Assembly (NCBI GenBank): GCA_039588295.1
Contig: JBDHAB010000006.1
Span: forward strand, 32,001-96,000
Direction of reading: 5' to 3'
DNA from: Gemmatimonadota bacterium
GTDB lineage: Bacteria > Gemmatimonadota > Gemmatimonadetes > Gemmatimonadales > GWC2-71-9
DNA length: 64,000 nucleotides
In this document: positions 10,424-20,323 of the stretch, one piece after another
Numbering within the stretch: the first letter of the stretch is position 1
Layout: each line of letters opens with the position of its first letter
The notes under the pieces: model-generated
The model's input: the letters and a program-made list of their open reading frames with translations, nothing else
What the model was told of the DNA's origin: nothing
Database searches by the model: none
Translations under genes and position numbers: made by a program

Positions 10424-11620
10424 GTGTCCGACCCCCACGACATCTTCCTTGCGGAGTTCGGTCCGCCTGGCCCGACGCATCGGGTGCGGGTGCCCGGCCG
10501 GGTGAACCTGATCGGTGACCATATCGACTACGCGGGTCTCGCGGTCCTGCCGATCGCCCTGCAGCGGACCATCGTCGCGTATGTGCGGGCGCGGACCGAC
10601 AGGTCAGTGCGGGCAGTCAATGCCGACCGAGGCTTTCTCGACCGCCGGTTCGACGTGCACTCCACAATCCAGCCGTTTGCGGCCGGCGATTGGGGCAACT
10701 ACCTCAAGGCGGCGGTGCAAGGGCTCGAGCGTCGCTACGGCCCCCTGCGCGGTTTCGATGCAGCTCTTGGATCGACCATCCCGGTTGCGTCGGGGCTCAG
10801 CTCTTCGTCGGCGCTGGTCGTGACCACGGGCCTCTGTCTCGCAGCGGTGAGTGGACTGGACGTGGCGCCGGAGCAGTTCGCCGAGGATCTCGCCGACGCA
10901 GAGCGCTACGTCGGAACGCGAGGTGGCGGGATGGACCAGGCCATCTGTCTGAGTGCGGTCGACGGTGCGGCGTCGCGGGTGGAATTCGATCCGCTCCGGC
11001 TGACGTCAATCTCGGTACCTGGCAATTGGCGGTTTGTGGTCTCGTCGAGTCTGGTTCCCGCCCCGAAGTCGGGGGCAGCGCGAGACACCTACAATAGCAG
11101 ACGTCAGGATAGCGAAACGGCACTGCGCACGCTCTCCGCGCATCTTGGCGGTGTCGACGTTCGCTCCTACCGAGAGTTGGTGGGCAGTCGGCCGCTGGCA
11201 GATCTGTTGGGAACGGCCGAAGGCTACCTCGATCGAGTCTTGCTGCAGCGCTTTCGACACGTCGTCACTGAAAGCGATCGCGTTCATCGCGCCGAACAGG
11301 CGATGCGAGGTGCCGACGCCGAAACCTTCGGCCGGCTCATGTCGGAGTCGCACTGCAGCTTGCGAGATGACTACGCGGTCAGCTGTTTGGAGTTGGACGA
11401 GCTTGTCGAGCTCGCCATGTCGGCCGGTGCGTTGGGTGCGCGCCTGACCGGTGCTGGATTTGGAGGCTGCAGCGTCGCGCTTTGCCTTCGAGAAGAGGTC
11501 GACGCCGTTATGGCCGCGCTACGGGATGGTTTCTACGGGCCGCGGGGTGTTCGAGCGGCTACTGAGGAACATCTCTTTGTCGCAACCCCGTCGGCAGGTG
11601 CCGGCGTCGCCCTCCTGTAG
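10424..11620 (+). CDS. galK: galactokinase family (GHMP) sugar-1-kinase, possibly a GalNAc kinase
   Basis: PGRVNLIGDHIDY, PVASGLSSSSA, GGGMDQ, GARLTGAGFGGC. GTG start inferred. Confidence 0.85.
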   Translation: MSDPHDIFLAEFGPPGPTHRVRVPGRVNLIGDHIDYAGLAVLPIALQRTIVAYVRARTDRSVRAVNADRGFLDRRFDVHSTIQPFAAGDWGNYLKAAVQGLERRYGPLRGFDAALGSTIPVASGLSSSSALVVTTGLCLAAVSGLDVAPEQFAEDLADAERYVGTRGGGMDQAICLSAVDGAASRVEFDPLRLTSISVPGNWRFVVSSSLVPAPKSGAARDTYNSRRQDSETALRTLSAHLGGVDVRSYRELVGSRPLADLLGTAEGYLDRVLLQRFRHVVTESDRVHRAEQAMRGADAETFGRLMSESHCSLRDDYAVSCLELDELVELAMSAGALGARLTGAGFGGCSVALCLREEVDAVMAALRDGFYGPRGVRAATEEHLFVATPSAGAGVALL

Positions 11621-11644
11621 GCACGGCACGCAGGTCAGTGGTTT

Positions 11645-13411
11645 CTAGCCAAAGCCAACGCGCGGCAACGCCTTGAACAGCCCCGCTGCAGCGACTGCAA
11701 CAATCACGGCGCACGCGATCCCCGGACCGACACTCCCGTACACGATGAATCCGGTTCCGAAGAGCGCCGCGTACACCACCACACACCCAAGGAACCAGCA
11801 GAGGAACGCGGCTGGTAGGCTTTCACCGCCGTCGGTCGGCTCGACGCGTACAACGGCACGCCATCCACGACCGAACGGACGGATACGGTCATAAAACGAT
11901 TGAAGCGTCGTGGCGGCCGCCGCCGGCGTGACGAGGGTAACGGCAATCCAGCCCACCGTCGTGATGGCAACTCCGATGACGAGCTCGACCGAGGCGTGGA
12001 GGGCCGGCCGACCCAACGCTTCGTGTACGAACTGGAAGTACACGGCCACGAGGAACGACAGGATCATGGCGGCGATCTCGCTCCACGCGTTGATCCGCCA
12101 CCAAAACCACCGCAAGAGGAAGATGAGTCCGGTGCCGGCTCCGATCTGCAACAGGATCTGGAACGCTTGCAGCGCGTTCTCCAGCCAAAGAGAAAGCATG
12201 GACGCCAGCATAACCAACACGATGGTTGCGACGCGTCCGACCGCAACGTAATGCCGCTCGGCTCGGTCTCTACTGACAAAACGCCGGTAGACGTCATCGA
12301 CGATGTAGGACGCACCCCAGTTGAGGTGGGTGCTGATGGTCGACATGTACGCCGCGGCGAGTGATGCCACAACCAGACCGAGGAGTCCATGCGGAACGAA
12401 GACGAGCATAGCCGGATAGGCCAAGTCATGCCGCACGATCGACGGGTCGAGGTTGGGGAATCTCGCCGTGATGGATTCGAGGCTCGGGTAGACGAGCAGG
12501 GAGGCCAGAGCAACGATGATCCACGGCCATGGGCGCAGAGCATAGTGGGCGACGTTGAACCACAACGTCGCGAGCATCGACTCTCGTTCGTTCCGTGCCG
12601 CCAGCATGCGCTGCGCGACGTAGCCACCGCCGCCCGGTTCCGCCCCGGGGTACCAGGTGCTCCACCATTGGATGGCGATTGGCACGATCAGCACGATGGC
12701 TACGGTTCGCCAATCGGCGAAGTCCGGTAAGAGCGAGAGCTTGCCGGCGAGATCCGGGCTGGCGACGAGACCCGCGAGGCCTCCCACTTCGGGCTGCTGG
12801 AGCGCGAAATAGGCGGCAGCGATCGAGCCGATCATTGAAATCACGAACAGCAGGAGGTCGGTCACGACCACGCCCCACAGCCCCGAAGTCGCGGAGTACA
12901 GTGCGGTTGCCGAGCCGGCGATGAGGACCGTCGAGTACTTGTCCAGGCCGAGGAGGACGCCGGAGATCTTGATCGCGGCGAGCGTGACACTCGCCATGAT
13001 GACGACGTTGAAGAATACTCCCAGATAGAGGGCCCTGAATCCGCGCAAGAACGCCGCCGGCCGGCCCGAGTAGCGCAGCTCGTAGAAACCGATGTCGGTG
13101 AGTGCGCTGGAACGGCGCCAGAGCTTGGCGTAGAAGAACACCGTGCACATCCCGGTGATCAGGAACGCCCACCACATCCAGTTCTGGCTCACCCCGCCGG
13201 TTCGCACGAGGTCCGTGACGAGGTTGGGGGTATCGGTGGAAAACGTGGTTGCCACCATGGAGGTCCCGAGCAGCCACCATGGGAGCTTGCGACCGGAGAG
13301 AAAGAACTCCTGCGTGCCCTTGCCGGCTCGTCGCGCGAAGAAGAGCCCCACCGCCACCACGACCATTCCGTAGAGGGCGATCACGCTCCAGTCGACGCCA
13401 ATCAGTTGCAT
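11645..13411 (-). CDS. sodium:solute symporter (SSS family)
   Basis: EFFLSGRKLPWWLLGTSMVATTFS, YVAQRMLAA, AAYMST; multiple TM helices. Confidence 0.9.
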   Translation of the reverse strand: MQLIGVDWSVIALYGMVVVAVGLFFARRAGKGTQEFFLSGRKLPWWLLGTSMVATTFSTDTPNLVTDLVRTGGVSQNWMWWAFLITGMCTVFFYAKLWRRSSALTDIGFYELRYSGRPAAFLRGFRALYLGVFFNVVIMASVTLAAIKISGVLLGLDKYSTVLIAGSATALYSATSGLWGVVVTDLLLFVISMIGSIAAAYFALQQPEVGGLAGLVASPDLAGKLSLLPDFADWRTVAIVLIVPIAIQWWSTWYPGAEPGGGGYVAQRMLAARNERESMLATLWFNVAHYALRPWPWIIVALASLLVYPSLESITARFPNLDPSIVRHDLAYPAMLVFVPHGLLGLVVASLAAAYMSTISTHLNWGASYIVDDVYRRFVSRDRAERHYVAVGRVATIVLVMLASMLSLWLENALQAFQILLQIGAGTGLIFLLRWFWWRINAWSEIAAMILSFLVAVYFQFVHEALGRPALHASVELVIGVAITTVGWIAVTLVTPAAAATTLQSFYDRIRPFGRGWRAVVRVEPTDGGESLPAAFLCWFLGCVVVYAALFGTGFIVYGSVGPGIACAVIVAVAAAGLFKALPRVGFG

Positions 13412-13414
13412 GTG

Positions 13415-14323
13415 CTACGACAGCCCCTGCCAGAGGAGCTTGGGATAGTGGCCGGTTGCGGTCAGTTGCACAATCCTATGCGCCACCGCTGGGGTATCCT
13501 GGGCGTAGGTGATGCCGAGCCATTCCTCATGTGTCGTCAAGATTCGGACTTGGAGTCCTTGCCGAAGGACCTCCGCACGGAGGGCATGACTCAACAGGAA
13601 TTCCGCGGTCTGATCGTGTGTCTGTTCATCGAGGAATGCATCGAACTGTCGCTTCAGCATGGCTAAGGCGCGATGTGGCAGACCCCAGAGGTTCATGGAC
13701 GTGATCTCGTCGCCGGTGAGCGTAATTGCCTTGTGGTCTTCGATCACTCCGCGGATCACATCCCCGCTCTTCATCACACCGAGAACCTCGACCAGATCGG
13801 CCAAATGGCCCTCGGTGGTTGGCCGGCAGATGGCTCGAGACACGCCGCCGAACTGGGATAGCGTGGTCCTCAGCGGATAGCCGACGAGTGCGGCCACGTC
13901 GGGCTGATCGCACAGATGCGTGTGTAGCATGGCGTACGCGTCGGGCCCGTAGTAGTCGTCCGCGTTGCAGACCGCGAAGGGTCCATGCAGTAGTGCTCCG
14001 GCCGCCAACAACGCGTGTCCCGTCCCCCATGGTTTTCGTCGACGCTGGTGTGCGGAGGACGGTAGTGAAGCCCCGTCCAGTGTCTGAGTTGCAAACGTGA
14101 CCGGGAGCGTCTCGCGAAACTGCTTGACCACGTGTGTCTTGAACCGTTCTTCCATTCCTGACGGCACTACGAGCACAAAGCGCCCGAACCCGGCTTGCTT
14201 GGCGTCGTAGATCCCGTAATCCATGAGAGCGGCGCCGTGAGGTCCGATGGGCTCGAGCTGCTTGAGGCGTCCAAAGCGACTGGCGGCTCCGGCTGCGAGC
14301 ACGACCAGCGTCAGTTGAGTCAC
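13415..14323 (-). CDS. sugar-phosphate nucleotidyltransferase (NTP_transferase family)
   Basis: LVVLAAGAASRFGRLKQ, KPWGTGHA, NADDYYG. GTG at 14323 has a GGGAGGA RBS. Confidence 0.85.
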   Translation of the reverse strand: MTQLTLVVLAAGAASRFGRLKQLEPIGPHGAALMDYGIYDAKQAGFGRFVLVVPSGMEERFKTHVVKQFRETLPVTFATQTLDGASLPSSAHQRRRKPWGTGHALLAAGALLHGPFAVCNADDYYGPDAYAMLHTHLCDQPDVAALVGYPLRTTLSQFGGVSRAICRPTTEGHLADLVEVLGVMKSGDVIRGVIEDHKAITLTGDEITSMNLWGLPHRALAMLKRQFDAFLDEQTHDQTAEFLLSHALRAEVLRQGLQVRILTTHEEWLGITYAQDTPAVAHRIVQLTATGHYPKLLWQGLS

Positions 14324-14460
14324 GGGCGGCTCCTCCCAGGCTCTTGCTTGTCCCTCAGCTTCCCGATATGCTAGCGAGCGAAGAGGAGATACCTCTCTCT
14401 CTCGACCCCCGCAAGGTGTAGGGGTCGCCGCGGCTTCCACGCGCACGCCGGACTCACCGC

Positions 14461-14931
14461 ATGAACGCTGATCCCGACGGCGTGAAGCGACTGGTCTCGG
14501 CGCGGCAGGCGGTCACGCTGATGGCGAGCAGTAGCCAGCGCGTACACACAGCTTCCCTCGCAGAGATTCTGGCGGGGTCCGATTGCTCAACGGTGGTGTT
14601 GGAGGCACGGCTTTCGAACGGTGACGAATTGATGGCGCACATCTTGATGGACTTCGTGCAGCCTGCGGAGCTGGAGCTAGCCGTCCCACGTGTCGAGGGC
14701 GAGGTTGAGCGAGTTCCACGTGGATACCGATTGACGTTGACGTCGAACTCGCTGGTGAGGAACGTGGAGCCTTCCCCGGACGTGGCTGCGGCCCAGTTCT
14801 CTGACAATTTCTTCGACTTGCTGCCCCGCGGGCACAAGACCGTGCAGCTCGCGACGACTGAGCGATTGAACGTCACGGAGGTGTTGGAAATCAGAACGAT
14901 GGTAGATTCCTGCAGAGCGCTGCATGCATAA
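14461..14931 (+). pseudogene. remnant of the C-terminal Ig-like domains of a GH2 beta-mannosidase
   Basis: FSDNFFDLLP and the preceding beta-strand pattern match beta-mannosidase C-termini. No catalytic domain or signal peptide; in-frame TAG upstream at 14419-14421. Confidence 0.6.
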
Positions 14932-16156
14932 CGTCGCTTCGACAGATCAGATACGCGCATACTTCCCGGCGCTGCAACGTAGAGAAGCCGGCTACCCCGT
15001 TGCCTATTTCGACGGTCCAGGTGGGACGCAGGTTCCACATCCCGTTGTCGACGCGGCGACAGACTACCTCTATCATCACAACGCCAACACGCATTGGAAC
15101 TACCCGACTTCCAGTGAGACCGATGCATCGCTCGAGCACGCGCGCCGCGTGTTTGCCGGGTTCTTGCATTCGGCTCCAGAGGAAATCGTGTTCGGTGCTA
15201 ACATGACGACCCTCACGTTCCATCTCGCGAGGGCGCTCGGGAGAAGGCTCTCCGCCGGGGACGAGATCATCGTGACGGAGCTGGACCATCACGCCAACAT
15301 CGCCCCCTGGCAGGCGCTCGAGGCGGAACGGGGTGTGCGGGTCCGTTGGGCCCGCATGATTCCTGAGACCGGGCAGCTCGACCGGGAACATCTCGAAGGC
15401 CTTGTCAATGCGCGTACGAAGGTCGTGGCAGTCGGAGCAGCGGCGAACGCGCTGGGAACCGTCAACGATGTTCGCGCGGTTGCGGATTGGGCACACGCGG
15501 TAGGGGCCCTCGTGTTTGTGGACGGCGTCCACTACGCACCACACGCACTGCCAGACATGCAAGCCTTCGATTGCGATTTTTTCGCCTGCTCGCCGTACAA
15601 GTTCTATGGCCCGCATCTCGGAGTGCTGTTTGGACGGCGCGAGCTGCTCGACTCGCTGGAGTTCGCAGAACTCGAGCCGGCGTCCCATGTGGCACCCGAA
15701 CGGGCGGAGACCGGGACCCTGAATCATGAGGGTATCGTCGGTGCCGCCGCGGGTGTCGAATGGCTGGGATCCCTCGCTGAAGGCAGCGCGCTCCGCACGC
15801 GCCTTGCGACCACATACCGAGTGCTCGAGCAGCGCGGCGGCGAGCTCTTCGCCGCGATGTGGGAGGGACTGACCGCAGTGCCTGGCGTTCGGCTGTACGG
15901 CCCGCCACCCAATGCGCCGCGGACGCCGACCCTGGCGCTCACCGTTGACGGCACGCCATCCTCACGCGTGACACGGCAGTTGGCCGAACGGGGTGTCTTC
16001 ACGTCGCACGGGGATTTCTATGCGCTGACCGTGGTCGAACGCCTCGGGCTGCTTCCCGAGGGACTCGTTCGCGCGGGCTGCGCCTGCTACACCACCGCGG
16101 AGGAAGTCGACCGTCTCATAGGGGGGATACGCGCGTTGGCCGACGGTGGCGCGTAG
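14924..16156 (+). CDS. cysteine desulfurase-like class V aminotransferase
   Basis: YFDGPGGTQVP, ELDHHANIAPW, DGVHYAPH, CSPYKFYGPH (PLP Lys), ETGT. Confidence 0.88.
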   Translation: MHNVASTDQIRAYFPALQRREAGYPVAYFDGPGGTQVPHPVVDAATDYLYHHNANTHWNYPTSSETDASLEHARRVFAGFLHSAPEEIVFGANMTTLTFHLARALGRRLSAGDEIIVTELDHHANIAPWQALEAERGVRVRWARMIPETGQLDREHLEGLVNARTKVVAVGAAANALGTVNDVRAVADWAHAVGALVFVDGVHYAPHALPDMQAFDCDFFACSPYKFYGPHLGVLFGRRELLDSLEFAELEPASHVAPERAETGTLNHEGIVGAAAGVEWLGSLAEGSALRTRLATTYRVLEQRGGELFAAMWEGLTAVPGVRLYGPPPNAPRTPTLALTVDGTPSSRVTRQLAERGVFTSHGDFYALTVVERLGLLPEGLVRAGCACYTTAEEVDRLIGGIRALADGGA

Positions 16157-16210
16157 AGTCGATGTGCGACGGTGACGCCAGTCGCCGAAACCGTGCCCGC
16201 TGTTCCTTCT

Positions 16211-16858
16211 CTAGAATCCGAACGACACGCCGATTGACACGACCGGGTAAAACCGCACCCAGTTGATGTCGTCTTCGAACGCCACTTCCTCCCGCTGCAG
16301 CTCCGTTTGAAACGTCGGATCCGTCGAGATCGGGCCGCTTGCCGCGAGCTGAGCCTCGGGCTTCCCGTGAAACGCTAGCCCAAAGTCGAGAATGAACCCG
16401 AGTCCTCGCTTGGCGATGTTGCCAAATCCGATGCCGAGGTACGGAGCCAGCTCGTTCGTTGCAACCACCGCACTCAGGGTGCCGACGTCCGCCGCTGTGT
16501 AGGTGACGTTCCCGATGTCGACGGAACTGAGAAGCGTTCCTGTTGCCCCGGGGTCTTCCGTGGACAAACGGGCGCCGCCGCTCAGCCGCAGCCCACCCAC
16601 GAGGAAGAGATCCACCATTGCGGTGAGCTGGGGTGAAGGAATGTCAAACTCGTACTTGATATCAGCGAGCGTAATGCTCGGAGTTATGGGGAAAAGGTTC
16701 GCTCCGACCCGCACTCCCACGCGATCGTTGACTGAGATGCCGACATCGGCCCCCAGTCCCATCGTCCCCACGTGAGGGGCGACGCCAATGCTCTGTGCGG
16801 TCACCACCGATGTCCCAACCACGGCCACGACGCTGAGAAGAGAGAGGACGCGCGTCAT
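16211..16858 (-). CDS. probable outer-membrane beta-barrel protein
   Basis: Signal peptide MTRVLSLL..., GTMGLG, APYLGIGFG, C-terminal YPVVSIGVSFGF ending in Phe. Confidence 0.7.
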   Translation of the reverse strand: MTRVLSLLSVVAVVGTSVVTAQSIGVAPHVGTMGLGADVGISVNDRVGVRVGANLFPITPSITLADIKYEFDIPSPQLTAMVDLFLVGGLRLSGGARLSTEDPGATGTLLSSVDIGNVTYTAADVGTLSAVVATNELAPYLGIGFGNIAKRGLGFILDFGLAFHGKPEAQLAASGPISTDPTFQTELQREEVAFEDDINWVRFYPVVSIGVSFGF

Positions 16859-17056
16859 AGAGAACCCCGAGTGTGAGTCCCGAATACTTTCAGGTCTGTC
16901 GTGTATACCATAAGAGAACGTCTGTGGCACACGGTGGCAACGATGTGAGCAGTGGAGTGGTTGACGTGCGTGGAGCGTTCGTTCGGTCACGCGTGCTTGC
17001 GGAGGCCGTCGGGGCGGAACAGATTCCGACGACTGGAGAGGGATGGATCGGACGTT

Positions 17057-17716
17057 ATGCTGGGCATCTACATTTTCGCCGCGATTGTTGGCGGAGGGCT
17101 ACTCCTTCTCTCCGTGCTGGGCGGTGGGGAACACGACGCCCATGCGGATGCCTCGGGATTCGATGCGGACCACGACATCGGCCACGACCTGGGGCACGAC
17201 ATCAGCCACGACGTGGGACACGACGTCGGGCATGACGCCGATGCGGTTCACCATGTTCATGGTGGTGCCGGTGAAATCGTCCTCGGCCTGTTTCGGCCGC
17301 GCAACGTGACTTTCTTCCTCGCAGGATTCGGGCTGACCGGGACGCTGCTCACGCTTCTCAGCCCGTCGAGCGCCGGAGCCAGCCTGATTCCCTCGGTGGT
17401 CATGGGGTTCGGCGCCATGGTCGTGACGCACGGTGTGTTCACGTGGCTGCGGCGCAGCGAGAGTGCGGTCGATCTCGTGAGCGATGCTGACATGGAGGGG
17501 TGTCTCGGGCGCGTCGTGTTGCCGCTGGCTCCGGGAGAGCGCGGACGCATCGCGTGCAAGGTGGGCGGCCGCGAGGTTTACCTCGTCGCGATACTCGCCG
17601 AGGGGTATGTGGAGGCACTTCCACCGGGACGTGAAGTCGTGGTGCTGCGCGTATCGGAAACCGTTGCGCACGTCATGCCGTTCGAGTCACGCGAGCTTCC
17701 ACCTTCAACTAGCTGA
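17057..17716 (+). CDS. NfeD-like membrane protein with a His/Asp-rich linker
   Basis: N-terminal TM, HDxG repeats, two TM helices, C-terminal OB-fold (GRVVLPL..G.RGRI). Lies directly upstream of a flotillin gene. Confidence 0.75.
   Translation: MLGIYIFAAIVGGGLLLLSVLGGGEHDAHADASGFDADHDIGHDLGHDISHDVGHDVGHDADAVHHVHGGAGEIVLGLFRPRNVTFFLAGFGLTGTLLTLLSPSSAGASLIPSVVMGFGAMVVTHGVFTWLRRSESAVDLVSDADMEGCLGRVVLPLAPGERGRIACKVGGREVYLVAILAEGYVEALPPGREVVVLRVSETVAHVMPFESRELPPSTS
17171..17236 (+). repeat. 12-bp in-frame tandem repeat (CACGACnnnnnn x5.5) encoding HDIG-HDLG-HDIS-HDVG-HDVG-HD
   Basis: Read directly from the sequence. Confidence 0.85.
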
Positions 17717-17723
17717 GGGACGT

Positions 17724-18992
17724 ATGGACCCAACTGCCGGAGTGATCCTTGGAGGGATAGCTCTCGGACTCGTCGGAGCGCTGATCTACGCCGTGCGTTC
17801 CTTGATCGTGATCTGTCTACCCAACGAGATGGTGGTCGTCACTGGCCGGAGTCGTGTCGCGGCGGACGGTCGTCGGATCGGCTACCGCGTTCTCCACGGT
17901 GGGCGCACCTTGCGCATTCCCATCGTGGAGCGGGTTTCGCGCATCGATCTGACCACGATCCCGCTCGATGTGACCGTGCGCAATGCGTACTCCAAGGGTG
18001 GAATTCCGTTGATCGTTCAGGGCATCGCAAACGTGAAGGTCAGTGCCCGCGATCCCACCTCTCACAACGCGGTCGAGCGACTGCTGGACAAGCCGTTCGA
18101 GGAGTTGATGCATATCGCGAAGGACACCTTGGAGGGCAATCTCAGAGGCGTGCTGGCTACACTCACGCCGGAAGAGGCCAACGAGGACCGACTGAAGTTC
18201 GCGCATCGGCTCATCGAGGAGGCGGACGAAGATCTCAAGAAGCTTGGCTTGGAACTCGACACGCTGAAGATCCAAAGTCTCACCGATGAGGTGAACTATC
18301 TGGACTCGATTGGGCGGCAGCAGACGGCGGAGATCCTCAAGAAGGCCCGTGTGGCCGAGGCGCAGCGCGCATCCGAGGCGGAGCAAACGGAAGCGGGTGC
18401 GCGCCAAGCCGCGCAGGTCGCGGCGATCCAAGCCGATCTCGCCATTACCGAAGAAAACAACCGGCTCCGGGTACGTCGGGCCGAACTCGAAGCGGAAGCC
18501 CTTGCCCGCGAGGCCGAGGCAAAGGTCTCCGGCGAGAAGGCCCGCGTCGTGGCGGAGCAGGTTCTCCAGCACGAGCGCATCGCGCTGGAGCAGCGTCGTC
18601 TCGAAGCCGACGTGCTGCTCCCGGCACAGGCCGACCGAGAGGCGGCGGAGCAACGCGCCAAGGGGTCGGCAGCCACGATTGCCGAAGACGGCAAAGCACG
18701 GCTCTTCGTACTGGGGGAGACGATCAAGCTCTATGAATCTGCCGGCAGCGAAGCTGAACGCATCTTCATCTTGAATATGCTGCCGGACATCATCCACGAG
18801 ATTGCACACTCGGTCGAGGGCGTTGATATCGACAAGGTCACGGTGATCGACTCCGGAGGCCGCAGCACCGGCGTTGCCTCGGCTACGGGACAACTCCCCG
18901 AGGCGATCATCAAGCTGACGGAGCAGATCGAGACGGCCACAGGCGTGAATATCCTGAGTCGTCTGGGAGAGAAGTCGGCGAAGAAGTCGTAA
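17724..18992 (+). CDS. flotillin/SPFH domain protein
   Basis: N-terminal TM, PNEMVVVTG, LEGNLRGVLATLTPEE, EA-rich coiled coil. GAGGGA RBS. Confidence 0.9.
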   Translation: MDPTAGVILGGIALGLVGALIYAVRSLIVICLPNEMVVVTGRSRVAADGRRIGYRVLHGGRTLRIPIVERVSRIDLTTIPLDVTVRNAYSKGGIPLIVQGIANVKVSARDPTSHNAVERLLDKPFEELMHIAKDTLEGNLRGVLATLTPEEANEDRLKFAHRLIEEADEDLKKLGLELDTLKIQSLTDEVNYLDSIGRQQTAEILKKARVAEAQRASEAEQTEAGARQAAQVAAIQADLAITEENNRLRVRRAELEAEALAREAEAKVSGEKARVVAEQVLQHERIALEQRRLEADVLLPAQADREAAEQRAKGSAATIAEDGKARLFVLGETIKLYESAGSEAERIFILNMLPDIIHEIAHSVEGVDIDKVTVIDSGGRSTGVASATGQLPEAIIKLTEQIETATGVNILSRLGEKSAKKS

Positions 18993-19023
18993 CCGCGGTT
19001 CCACCGTCCCGCACCGCTGCGAC

Positions 19024-19061
19024 CCACGGCCACCTGCTCGAGTTCGGGATGGTGGCCGTGG
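19024..19061 (+). terminator. GC-rich hairpin after the flotillin gene, putative terminator
   Basis: CCACGGCCACC / GGTGGCCGTGG perfect 11-bp stem, weak U tract. Confidence 0.45.
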
Positions 19062-19145
19062 CTTCACGAAGGCTTCACGGTCCATTCAATCTGCGCCGGA
19101 TAGGCTCCATGCCTCCCGTGCGCCGACCACCTACAACGAGACGAG

Positions 19146-20192
19146 ATGTACACCACTTGCATCTACTGTAAGCGTCCGCTCGGAGCCAACGAGGTGATCG
19201 AGTGCTTCCCCGTTGGGCGTCGGTTGGCGTTCGACGTGGAGAAGGGGCGGCTGTGGGTGGTGTGCCGACGATGCGAGCGCTGGAACCTGTCACCACTCGA
19301 AGAACGCTGGGAGGCGTTTGAGGAGTGTGAGCGGCTGTTTCGCTCGACTCGTCTTCGGATGTCCACCGATGAGGTAGGACTGGCGAAGGTCAAGGAAGGG
19401 CTCGAGCTCGTGCGGATTGGGAAGCCGCTCCGACCCGAGTTTGCCGCATGGCGGTACGGTGATCAGTTTGGACGGCGTCGGAGGCGGGCGATGATCTGGA
19501 CCGGGGCGGGTATCGTGGCCGTGGGAGCGGTCACCGCAGGCGGCATCGCTCTTGGAATCGGTGCTGGCTTCGCACCGCAGATTCCCAATCTCATCATGAA
19601 TGTCCCGGTCCGAGCGCGCGTGCGCGCCCCTGACGGTCGGGTTCTCAAATTCCGCAACGCGGACATGCATAAGGCTCGGTTCCTGATGGAGCCGGGGTCG
19701 GACGACTGGGTGATCTCGGTCAAGCACAGCAAGGGGAAGGAGACCTTCATGGGCCCCACCGCCATGCATATCGCGAGTCACCTGCTCCCCGCGTTGAACC
19801 GCATGGCTGGTTCGCGACAAGCCGTTCGCACGGCGGTCGACCGTATCGAAGCCGCGGGCGATCCGGAGCGGTACCTCGAGGGCCTCTCGCACGAGATCGA
19901 CCCAAACAAGCCCGAGCCCGGGTATGGTCGCCCCCTGTTCCCCGGTAAGCCCGGCGTCATCCACAAACTTCCGACACCGACCCGGCTCGCGCTCGAGATG
20001 GCGCTTCATGAGGAACAGGAGCGTCGCGCGTTGGCGGGCGAGCTGATCGAACTCGAGCTGGCGTGGAGAGAAGCGGAGGAGATCGCAGGCATTGCGGATG
20101 ACATGTTCGTTCCCAAGGAGTTCGAGGAGTTCGCTGAGCGGCACCGAGTCACGGCTTGCGACGAAGCACCTGATGATGATGATCGAGGCTGA
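19146..20192 (+). CDS. hypothetical membrane protein with an N-terminal Zn-ribbon
   Basis: CIYC...CRRC pair, one TM helix after RRRRR, helical C-terminus LALEMALHEEQERRAL. Confidence 0.7.
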   Translation: MYTTCIYCKRPLGANEVIECFPVGRRLAFDVEKGRLWVVCRRCERWNLSPLEERWEAFEECERLFRSTRLRMSTDEVGLAKVKEGLELVRIGKPLRPEFAAWRYGDQFGRRRRRAMIWTGAGIVAVGAVTAGGIALGIGAGFAPQIPNLIMNVPVRARVRAPDGRVLKFRNADMHKARFLMEPGSDDWVISVKHSKGKETFMGPTAMHIASHLLPALNRMAGSRQAVRTAVDRIEAAGDPERYLEGLSHEIDPNKPEPGYGRPLFPGKPGVIHKLPTPTRLALEMALHEEQERRALAGELIELELAWREAEEIAGIADDMFVPKEFEEFAERHRVTACDEAPDDDDRG

Positions 20193-20323
20193 CCCACGCG
20201 TCGCGACGGCGGACGGGCTGGCGCGCCCAGGACACTCGAGGATCTTCGCGGGCATCCGGGGTAAGAAACGGACAAGGCGCTGCGTCCGTAGTGCATGTAC
20301 GGATCCTACAAGTGGAGTTTTGG

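Noticed and set aside
16925..16939. TGGCAC...GGCA as a sigma54 promoter
   Set aside because: GG to GC spacing is one base short and the -12 element lacks TT.
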